A DNA stretch of 64,000 bases, taken from IMG/VR virus record IMGVR_UViG_3300023174_000040, positions 259,268 through 323,267 of that record; one strand, 5' to 3'. This document shows, piece after piece, positions 56,016 to 64,000 of this stretch (positions within the stretch are counted from its first letter, which is position 1; every line of letters begins with the position of its first letter). The position numbers and the translations under genes were made by a program. A model generated the notes under the pieces. The model had not been told where the DNA came from. It did no database searches and saw nothing but the letters and a program-made list of their open reading frames with translations.

Positions 56016-56736
56016 AAAACTTTCCGATATAATATTAGAAGAAATGCCAGAAAACCATAAGGATCTCATTTATTGCGAGCCTTTTTGCGGATGCTGCAAT
56101 GTGTTTCTCAAAAAAGAAAATTCAGAAATAACAGTATTAAATGATTTAAATAATGGAATAAGTAACTTCTTAACAGTGATGAGAGATGATGGGAAAAAAG
56201 CAATAAGCAAACTTAAAAAAATCAACTATAATCAACAAACTTTCAAAAAAGAATTAAAACGTAATAAGTTTAAGAACAATGTAGATTACGCCATAAATCA
56301 GTATATCCTATACAGAACAAGCAGAGGGGGATTGTGCAAAAACTATTGTTATTCAAAAAATAAAAGAAAAAAAATAGAAGATATTGAAAGCTGGAACACT
56401 AATGTGGAGAACTTGAATCAGATATCTCTAAAATTATCCGACGTTTTTGTTTTTAATAATACGGCTATAGAAATAATTGGAATATTTAATAGCGAGAATG
56501 TTTTGATGTATTGTGATCCACCAAGATATGTTAAAAATAGAAAATCACAGTGTCCATATAAAGATTACATGACAGAAGAAGAGCACATAGACTTATCTAA
56601 AGTTTTAATGAAGTCCAATAGCAAAATAATACTAAGTGGTAGTGATAGTTTATTATATAAAAAGCTATACAAAGATTGGAATAGAAAGAAAATATCTAAC
56701 AAGAATAAAAAAGAATTTATTTGGAAGAATTTTTAA
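55993..56736 (+). CDS. Dam-like (D12) DNA adenine methyltransferase homologue with degenerate motifs
   Basis: EPFCG, LNDL, YCDPP; DPPRY replaces DPPY. Confidence 0.7.
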   Translation: MKGQMKSRKLSDIILEEMPENHKDLIYCEPFCGCCNVFLKKENSEITVLNDLNNGISNFLTVMRDDGKKAISKLKKINYNQQTFKKELKRNKFKNNVDYAINQYILYRTSRGGLCKNYCYSKNKRKKIEDIESWNTNVENLNQISLKLSDVFVFNNTAIEIIGIFNSENVLMYCDPPRYVKNRKSQCPYKDYMTEEEHIDLSKVLMKSNSKIILSGSDSLLYKKLYKDWNRKKISNKNKKEFIWKNF

Positions 56737-56986
56737 GGCCAGTTCTGATGATCTTTTTATTTCTCAAAACTTTTTGATCTCTATCTTCATGCTCTTTAAG
56801 AGCATCTTTTATTTTTTTGTTCCAAGTTGAAATCTTATTTTTAGAAACTCCTAAAAGATCAGATAATCCTTGACTATTATTGATAACCAAAAGAAAATTA
56901 TTCCAAAAGTTTTCATCAACATTTAATCCGGTCAATATAACATTGTGGTCTTTTTTATCTTTAATGTAATCTTTAAACTTTTTCAT
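56717..56986 (-). CDS. Hypothetical protein, candidate internal protein
   Basis: Likely start MKKFKDYI at 56986. Confidence 0.55.
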   Translation of the reverse strand: MKKFKDYIKDKKDHNVILTGLNVDENFWNNFLLVINNSQGLSDLLGVSKNKISTWNKKIKDALKEHEDRDQKVLRNKKIIRTGLKNSSK

Positions 56987-57002
56987 ATGAATATATATTA
57001 AA

Positions 57003-58313
57003 TTATAAATTATTTTTATATACAAAACAATCATCATAAGTTATAAAGTTATTTAAACATTCATGGACAGCCTTTTTTACACCAGGATGATAGTTTTGTT
57101 CACCAGTGTAATAATCGTGACCCGCTAATATTCCATTTTTCTTTACTTTTGGAAGCCAAGCCTTTATATCATTTTTAACATCCTCGTATTCATGAGACGC
57201 ATCTATAAAAACAAAATCTAAAGAATGATCTTGAAATTGATTTGCGGCTTCAATGGAGGGTTTTCTAATTGGAATATAGTATTTTTCTATTGGCCTCATA
57301 TTCTGAATAAAGGTGTCATACAAAGAGTCTATTTCTTTCATTTCTTTATGCTCTGAGCTTCCCATCCAAGTGTCAACACAATAAAATTCTATATTTTTAT
57401 TTGAATTAGCAATTTCTACGGCCATAAAAGCGGAAGATTTTCCTTTCCAAGACCCTACTTCAACAAATCGACTACCAGAGGATGAACTAAGAACCATGTT
57501 TCTATACAGTTTGGTATATGTAAACCAATTTTCACCGAACTGTTGGCCCTCATAAATATGAGGAATTTTTTTAATCATATCATTAAGATTGATATATTGA
57601 CCCTTATTCTTCCACCAATTAATTATCCAATTATAAGAATCCCAGTGATATTCTCCTTGTCCATTTATTTCTGTAGGGTCTTTACCAAGATATGTTGATT
57701 TTACATTTTTTACGTCTTCTACAAATATTGGAATATTATAGACTGTGCCCAACCCAGAAAAAACTATGTTTTCTACAATGGGGATTAAATTATTATTTAT
57801 GTTCAGATTAAATTCATTTTCATTGACATAATAGCTGTCTATTATTTTTTTAACGTAATCTCTTTTTATTAAATACGCTGCTGCGCCCCAATCATCCACC
57901 AGTCTTTGTCTAAGTTCTATATCAATGTTATTTGGACGTATCCAAGATAATTGAACGCATTCCCAATTATTTGGAAGACTATCGATAAACTCTTCCCATG
58001 TAAAGCTCCAATAAGACACAGGTTCTAATGAAAGATCATCTTCACAAAAAAATGCATAATCTTCTTTTGTAGAGTCATACCATTTTTTTAGAGCTTTGAT
58101 GTGAGATGTTATGGGGCCTTTACTATTTTCATGTAATTTATCAACAAGTTGTCCATTCAACTTAAAATTATATTCATGATACCTTTTAAATATATGAGGA
58201 ATTAAATTTGTTATTCCATAACTAGAAAATTGTTTTTTAAGATTTTCTCTTCTTTCTAAGGATTCTTCAATACCAATAAAATTAACAGGACCTATTCCTT
58301 TTAGTTTATTAAT
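57003..58313 (-). CDS. GT25-like glycosyltransferase fused to a class I SAM methyltransferase; frame opens at the A11 tract without an ATG
   Basis: KLKGIGPVNFIGIEESLERR upstream of the track's TTG; SHIKA, EDD, WGAAAYLI; VEVGSWKG, DFVFIDASH, AGHDY. Confidence 0.75.
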   Translation of the reverse strand: MNKLKGIGPVNFIGIEESLERRENLKKQFSSYGITNLIPHIFKRYHEYNFKLNGQLVDKLHENSKGPITSHIKALKKWYDSTKEDYAFFCEDDLSLEPVSYWSFTWEEFIDSLPNNWECVQLSWIRPNNIDIELRQRLVDDWGAAAYLIKRDYVKKIIDSYYVNENEFNLNINNNLIPIVENIVFSGLGTVYNIPIFVEDVKNVKSTYLGKDPTEINGQGEYHWDSYNWIINWWKNKGQYINLNDMIKKIPHIYEGQQFGENWFTYTKLYRNMVLSSSSGSRFVEVGSWKGKSSAFMAVEIANSNKNIEFYCVDTWMGSSEHKEMKEIDSLYDTFIQNMRPIEKYYIPIRKPSIEAANQFQDHSLDFVFIDASHEYEDVKNDIKAWLPKVKKNGILAGHDYYTGEQNYHPGVKKAVHECLNNFITYDDCFVYKNNL

Positions 58314-59562
58314 TTTTTTTTTTAAGCATTATATCTTTAGCTAAATTAATTTCATTCTTAGGAGTAGAAATTAATTTTTTTAATATTGAATTATCAATTA
58401 AATCTTTATGAACCCACCAATCTTCAAAACTACAATCTTCATGAGGAGATACATCATTAAAAACAAGAGTATATCCCATACTTCTCAAATATCTTCTAGA
58501 TTTATCTCTGAAGCTTCTTGTTATGTCAACATAGTGATCGTGTTCATATGTTATTACTTTGAACTTATATTTATCGAATGGAATTAATAGTAATGCTTCA
58601 AATGTGTTTTTACAAGGTTCAATATCTATTTGTAAATAATCAATAACATTATTGGAAAAATTATTTCTCAAAAGTTCTTCATAATTTATCTTTAGAGCAT
58701 TTTCGCATAAAACTTTATTGGTTCTTTCTCTATCATGCATATCAACTAACTCACGTTTCATCTCTATGCCAACGCCAGTCCATCCAAATTCTCTTTCCAG
58801 TAAAGCTGTGTTACTATTATGAAGAGAATGGGCAGAACCTATCTCTAAGTAGGTTCCATTTTTCTTTCCATTCAAAGCAGCAAGAACAAAAAGATCTTGA
58901 TAAACCTGAGAGAAATTTCTTTCAATATTGTCAGATCCTTCAAACTTAAAACTCAAATCAAAATCAGAATTTTTGGAATAAGTAGCAGAACTCTGCTCAA
59001 CAGAGCCAGAGCCCAATGTGATCAGGTTGGTTTCTACCAACTTTAAATAAGTTTCATTAAGTTGATCTCCATATTCATCTTTTAATTTTCTAAGAAGTTT
59101 TCTTGCTTCTTTTGGCTTTCCATACCACCAAGAACAAACCGCCTTTTGAAAAACAAGCATGTATTTTGATGAATACTCAAAAGTAGTTATTAAATTAGAA
59201 GGGAGACAATCTGTAGTCTCCAGAGCTATCGAAGCATATAAGTACCCATCCATCCAATTTTGTTTTCTTTCAAAAAATTGACTTAAGAAAAAATATGCCT
59301 CTGGGCTTTTTGGCTTCAAATTAATAGCACTTTTTAATAAATTTTCACAAGTATAATCTCTATTTGATAAATTAGAGTAACACAAATAAAGTCTTAATAA
59401 GCATTCATACGCTAAATTTTCATCTTTAGTAAGTTCTGCGCACCTTAAATAATAACTACAGGCCGGTGCAAGGTGTTTTTGGTTTTCATACCACAATGCT
59501 AGATTAAAATTAGTTTTATCGTTATCAGAGTCTTTTATGTAATCTAATAATTCTTTATTCAT
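58309..59562 (-). CDS. TPR-domain plus FkbM-like methyltransferase protein
   Basis: Helical TPR-like N-half; QVYQDLFV, YLEIGS, IDYLQID, ITYEHD, FEDWW. Confidence 0.75.
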   Translation of the reverse strand: MNKELLDYIKDSDNDKTNFNLALWYENQKHLAPACSYYLRCAELTKDENLAYECLLRLYLCYSNLSNRDYTCENLLKSAINLKPKSPEAYFFLSQFFERKQNWMDGYLYASIALETTDCLPSNLITTFEYSSKYMLVFQKAVCSWWYGKPKEARKLLRKLKDEYGDQLNETYLKLVETNLITLGSGSVEQSSATYSKNSDFDLSFKFEGSDNIERNFSQVYQDLFVLAALNGKKNGTYLEIGSAHSLHNSNTALLEREFGWTGVGIEMKRELVDMHDRERTNKVLCENALKINYEELLRNNFSNNVIDYLQIDIEPCKNTFEALLLIPFDKYKFKVITYEHDHYVDITRSFRDKSRRYLRSMGYTLVFNDVSPHEDCSFEDWWVHKDLIDNSILKKLISTPKNEINLAKDIMLKKKN

Positions 59563-60535
59563 AAGTTTTTAAAAATTTTCCTAATATATTTTTTGGCATT
59601 CCCAAAATATAGGCCGCATTATCTTGAAATCCAAAAGTTATTAATAATTTATCTTTATAGTCGGCCATGCCACAACAGAATTCAATTTTTGCCCCCATAA
59701 ATGAAAAAGAATCTGAGATCTCAATAATTTCGAAATCTTTATTCCACACAACAAATCTATGTGTGTATATTGCATTTTTTCTTCCAGCTTCTGAGCTATA
59801 TAAATTTACTTCATGAACTATAGCTAAATAATTATCGTTTAAAAATAAAAGCTGCGAGCCGCCTCTAAGATCCATAGTTTCTAATTTTTTGTATTCATTT
59901 AATACGATTGTTTTGCATGTTTTATCTTCGGGATTTACTTCAACAACTTCTGTTGGGTTTGTCCATTTGACATAAGTGTACTTTTTATTTAAAACCGGCA
60001 TCCAATTTTTTTCACAATAACTATTGTCCATTCCGGGCGCAGGAATACGTAATCTGCTTTTTTCTATTACCTTATCTTTTTTATAAACTATCTCAGATAA
60101 CTCCATTCTTCCAACGCCATTCACCGTAGTATCTCTTCTGACTCCGCTCAAAAATAACTTATCATCCCACTCAACTAATCTTCCATCTTCTAGCCCAACG
60201 AATTCCCACATAGGATTTTCATCCAAAAAAGTGGTGTCTATAATTTTACTATCTTTTATATTAAAGTTTTCATCTAATTTGCATAAAATATTGTTTGTCA
60301 CCAACCTTTGATCATTTTCTTGATGAAGATAACAAAGTGGTCCCCAACTGTGCTCAAAAACTCCACTCTCACTATGATATAACACATAATTAAGATTCCT
60401 GAGGTTGACAAGAATCTCTCCAATTTTATTAATATATATAGTAGGATTGGTTAATGATGGACCTATCATAGAATCAATAGGAACAATCAAAGGAGCTATA
60501 AAGCCCCCATTCTCTACACAGTTTTTAACTAACAT
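59555..60535 (-). CDS. Five-bladed beta-propeller glycosidase/phosphorylase-like protein
   Basis: NPTI, GLEDGRL, EKNWMP, LRGGS, IEFCCG. Confidence 0.7.
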   Translation of the reverse strand: MLVKNCVENGGFIAPLIVPIDSMIGPSLTNPTIYINKIGEILVNLRNLNYVLYHSESGVFEHSWGPLCYLHQENDQRLVTNNILCKLDENFNIKDSKIIDTTFLDENPMWEFVGLEDGRLVEWDDKLFLSGVRRDTTVNGVGRMELSEIVYKKDKVIEKSRLRIPAPGMDNSYCEKNWMPVLNKKYTYVKWTNPTEVVEVNPEDKTCKTIVLNEYKKLETMDLRGGSQLLFLNDNYLAIVHEVNLYSSEAGRKNAIYTHRFVVWNKDFEIIEISDSFSFMGAKIEFCCGMADYKDKLLITFGFQDNAAYILGMPKNILGKFLKTYE

Positions 60536-60537
60536 AA

Positions 60538-61002
60538 TTATTGACCAAGCTCAGGTGGTTCAGTAGCAGGTGGTTCAGTAGCAGGTGGTTCAGTAGCAGG
60601 TGGTTCAGTAGCAGGTGGTTCAGTAGCAGGTGGTTCAGTAGCAGGTGGTTCAGTAGCAGGTGGTTCAGTAGCAGGTGGTTCTACAGTTACAGTTCCATCT
60701 TCATTATAAGAAAAACTTCCAACTAAAGACAAACCTTCAGATATATCTTCTGGTTTTATAGACCATAATAATTGCCCTAATTTACCATGAAGTTCAAAAA
60801 CTTCTTTTGCATCTTTGCCTAAAGCTGTAGTTATTTCTATTGGTGGTAATCCTCGTGGATTTCGCCAAAATATCCTGGCTCCTTCGTTAAAAGCATTTAC
60901 CATCATAACATATGTTTGGCGAGTTTGATTTTTAATTCTATTCGCAACCATCTCTGAAAGTGGCGTAGATGGTTGCTGGCTGTTGTTATCTAATATTCCC
61001 AT
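60538..61002 (-). CDS. Hypothetical protein with a (PPATE)8 tail
   Basis: 154-aa ORF coupled to the sulfotransferase. Confidence 0.7.
   Translation of the reverse strand: MGILDNNSQQPSTPLSEMVANRIKNQTRQTYVMMVNAFNEGARIFWRNPRGLPPIEITTALGKDAKEVFELHGKLGQLLWSIKPEDISEGLSLVGSFSYNEDGTVTVEPPATEPPATEPPATEPPATEPPATEPPATEPPATEPPATEPPELGQ
60553..60681 (-). repeat. Perfect 15-nt tandem repeat x8
   Basis: AGGTGGTTCAGTAGC units on the + strand. Confidence 0.95.
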
Positions 61003-61003
61003 A

Positions 61004-61804
61004 TTAATTTCTCCATATTTCTAAATTAGAGTATTTGTTTAATAAAAAATTTCCTAAAACTTTGTCAGCATCACTGGGCACCGGATTCAAAACGGGTCTT
61101 ATGTTATGCAAACCCGGTATTCTATGAACACCGGAATCATCCTCTTTTGTCACCTGTACTATGTTAGTAAAATTGTGAATATAATATGGCAACTCTAAAT
61201 AATCATAAATTTTCTTCATAGTTTGACCTGGGTAGTTGGTCAACTCCTCAAATTCCAAAAATAAAATATCATTTTTATAACCTCTTGATATAGCATCTTT
61301 AATTCTATTGTAAGCTAATCCTACAGGTTGAGCCGCACTGCTCCATATTTCACATCGTCCCTCTACAGTTTGAGCTTTAAAATATTCATTTTGTTCAAAA
61401 TTCCACTGAGAAAATCCTGTGCTTTTTCTCCATAATTTTTCAAAACTAGACAGTATATCGCTTATATTTCTTACCGGGGCTATTATTTTAGGTTTTTCAT
61501 CAGTAATGAATTGCACCATCTCTATAAGACTAAGCCAACCTCTTCCTTTATCTATTATATAATTTTTATCACTTATATGATAATTATCTAAAATTGATTT
61601 TAAAACTCTTTTCAACTGATTGTGATTAACACCTTCTGCTTGGTGCTCTATCAATTTATCCCATTGGTTTCTGACACCAAAAAGAACATCGTGACAGCCG
61701 CTGGTGGCTTTGCTAACAAAAAGATCGTTATTTTGTGCCAATATATTACATAAAAGAGTGCTACCACTTCTTGGTAGACCACTTATAAAACTAAATTTTT
61801 TCAT
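61004..61804 (-). CDS. Sulfotransferase (family-3-like)
   Basis: ISGLPRSGSTLL, DKGR, VRNISDILSS, FEEL. Confidence 0.85.
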   Translation of the reverse strand: MKKFSFISGLPRSGSTLLCNILAQNNDLFVSKATSGCHDVLFGVRNQWDKLIEHQAEGVNHNQLKRVLKSILDNYHISDKNYIIDKGRGWLSLIEMVQFITDEKPKIIAPVRNISDILSSFEKLWRKSTGFSQWNFEQNEYFKAQTVEGRCEIWSSAAQPVGLAYNRIKDAISRGYKNDILFLEFEELTNYPGQTMKKIYDYLELPYYIHNFTNIVQVTKEDDSGVHRIPGLHNIRPVLNPVPSDADKVLGNFLLNKYSNLEIWRN

Positions 61805-62022
61805 AATATTCTGAGATGTGTTTAAGCTATTATAGTATTATTGATCATTTTTTAAAGATTCTAAATAATTACCAACCACCTCATTTACTTCTTCTTGTGT
61901 CGGATAGTGATCAAATCTGAAGAATTGACTAGAATTTTCATCAATAACCACTCTTGTCCTATATTTATTGGCTTCATCAAGAAAGACTTCAGTAATTTTA
62001 TAATCCATATTTCACCTCATAT

Positions 62023-63999
62023 TTATATTTGTATTATAGTAAGATCATCAACATACCCAGTAAATGTACTTCCTCCCCAGCACTCTGCTAATATTTCAAC
62101 AACACCGGCCTCAGTAGGGGTAAAACTTAAAGAAACTTGCTCCCAAGTATCCGCCACAGTCATATAACCCGTAACATCATTGGTTACTCCTGCTATTTGC
62201 CCACCCTTAACCCTTAATCTCATCACTAATCCAAAGGCACTTCTTCTCATCCAAGCCTTGACAGTAACCTGACTATTAGCACTCACAGCAACTGTTGCTA
62301 GACTAAGATCTAAAGGAAAGTTAATTGATCTTACGTTAACGTGCGTAGGAGCCATCGCCCAGGCTATTCCATTATTGCTGTATCTCACTGATGTTGTGCT
62401 ATAAATTAAACCAAAATCACACCATATATAGTGAAGATTGGCAGTTTGGTCATGATTATGAGAGAATACCTTAGAGTTACTGCCGTATCCTGGACTTGCA
62501 ACCGCAACTTCAGTAGTATCATTCAGAGCGCAATTAATAAAGTATGTCGGCCCTCCATTGTTAGTCCTATGAGATGCTGTGGTGTTTGTTGAAAACGTTA
62601 CATTTTTGAAAACATTGCTATGTCCAAGAGTATTATTATCCACTCCATATTGCCAACTATCAGATATTGTTCCATTGTTTGCAGTTAAATTATGGCCAGA
62701 AATAAAACCGATCCCATTGATATTATTTTTAATTGTGAAAGTATCTAGTGTATTAGAAAGAGCATTGTAGTATGTGATACCTGCTCCATTGTTGCTACAT
62801 ATAATCATATTTCTAAGTGTACTTTGTCCTAATTGATTGAATGCAAAAACTCCACCAGCAGAAGAATAGCAACAATAAATTGTATCATATGTAAAACGTA
62901 TATGTTCTCTAGCATACAAACCATATTGATCACAATTATTACAATGACAGTTAGTAGCTGTGGAATACATATTGCCCGGCAAGAATAGTCCATAATAAAA
63001 TCTAACAAAGCAAACTCTATCTACTGTAAGGTTTCCACCACCAGCAAGATAATAAGAATAATTTCCATATCCATATCCATTTCTTCCATCAAACCAACTT
63101 TCTCCTGTTCTGGTGCTCATATCTGTTCTATTCCAACCAAAAGAGTAAATTATTGGATTGCCAACTCCAGCGGACTGTGGTGATCGGCCTCCTATTTGAA
63201 AATTCAATAAAGATGTTGTTGTAGCTGTGGCGGTCGCCGCCAATGGTGCCTTTATTGTTTCTCTTTTATATGTTGTTACTGTTTCACTAGTTCCGTAATA
63301 TCCTGGTATCTGTATGCTTGATGACCCAATCGTGACAGGTCCAAATTGTCCACCAGTATCAAGCATGACTCTTGTTCCGTTAATACTTTGGATGCCGCAC
63401 CAAGTTTCTCCGCTTGTATTCTTGCCAATCAATGAACAAAGATTAAGACTATCGGCACTAGAACTTGCCTTGCAAGCAATAACATTAGACAACACGAATG
63501 TTTGAGCACCGTTGTCAGTATTCACATAGAATCCTATACTCTGAATACTTGATCCTAAGTTAGTAGCAAGATCTATGGTTATTGGAGTCCATCTATTAAG
63601 TACGGTCAGGTTTTCAATGTTGAAGGTGTTTACCGCTGTTGCCCCAGCCGCATCGGAACATAATTTCAGGGACAAAGATGAGGATGCTCCGATTGTGCCT
63701 GATATTTGTTTTATCCAGAAACTGATCTGTTGGTATCCGCTAAGATTCAAAGTTCCGGTAGCTTTGTATGCGGCCAATCCTGTGGTGAAGTTTGCTCCAA
63801 CCGCTATGGAATCTGAGCAGTCACCCTCTTTAATGCCACCCAAAACATCAGTAGTGGCCAAAGATGTTATTACGTCGGCAGTCTGTGCTGTCCACGCTGT
63901 TCGTCCATTTCCTCTGTTTCCGTGACTGGCAATATTAACTATTGGGGATGATGCCAATATTACTCTTTGATTGGAAACTTTTCTTAAAAATCCGGCAGC
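62023..63999 (-). CDS. Partial large virion/fibre protein with parallel beta-helix repeats (start outside window)
   Basis: Frame is open to the window edge; (C/N)NN..YG repeats; C-terminal carbohydrate-binding-like domain. Confidence 0.7.
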   Translation of the reverse strand, partial: AAGFLRKVSNQRVILASSPIVNIASHGNRGNGRTAWTAQTADVITSLATTDVLGGIKEGDCSDSIAVGANFTTGLAAYKATGTLNLSGYQQISFWIKQISGTIGASSSLSLKLCSDAAGATAVNTFNIENLTVLNRWTPITIDLATNLGSSIQSIGFYVNTDNGAQTFVLSNVIACKASSSADSLNLCSLIGKNTSGETWCGIQSINGTRVMLDTGGQFGPVTIGSSSIQIPGYYGTSETVTTYKRETIKAPLAATATATTTSLLNFQIGGRSPQSAGVGNPIIYSFGWNRTDMSTRTGESWFDGRNGYGYGNYSYYLAGGGNLTVDRVCFVRFYYGLFLPGNMYSTATNCHCNNCDQYGLYAREHIRFTYDTIYCCYSSAGGVFAFNQLGQSTLRNMIICSNNGAGITYYNALSNTLDTFTIKNNINGIGFISGHNLTANNGTISDSWQYGVDNNTLGHSNVFKNVTFSTNTTASHRTNNGGPTYFINCALNDTTEVAVASPGYGSNSKVFSHNHDQTANLHYIWCDFGLIYSTTSVRYSNNGIAWAMAPTHVNVRSINFPLDLSLATVAVSANSQVTVKAWMRRSAFGLVMRLRVKGGQIAGVTNDVTGYMTVADTWEQVSLSFTPTEAGVVEILAECWGGSTFTGYVDDLTIIQI

Positions 64000-64000
64000 T

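Noticed and set aside
1-64000. Stop-codon reassignment
   Set aside because: Core genes are full length in code 11, and genes end in TAA, TAG and TGA

Overview
This is a 64-kb, AT-rich, gene-dense segment of a large T4-like (probably jumbo) tailed phage read in the standard genetic code. It carries the head genes: terminase large subunit, an intein-containing portal, prohead protease, scaffold and major capsid protein. It also encodes a primase, a Cas4-like nuclease, an actin-fold ATPase, homing endonucleases, several proteases and one tRNA-Gly. There are many fibre/adhesin genes, including a clearly higher-GC cassette at about 40.6-47.8 kb. Glycosyl-, methyl- and sulfotransferase-like genes occur alongside Thr/Pro-rich low-complexity proteins. 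The strongest non-obvious signals are: (1) an ~800-nt highly structured minus-strand non-coding RNA (GOLLD-like candidate) with an rRNA-operon-style promoter, boxA and terminator; (2) an A11 tract that frameshifts a glycosyltransferase module away from its upstream partner; (3) a possible virion glycosylation/sulfation system; (4) a phage actin homologue; (5) nine genes with T4 capsid-targeting-like N-termini. All family assignments come from motif recognition by eye, with no database searches. The host is unknown.
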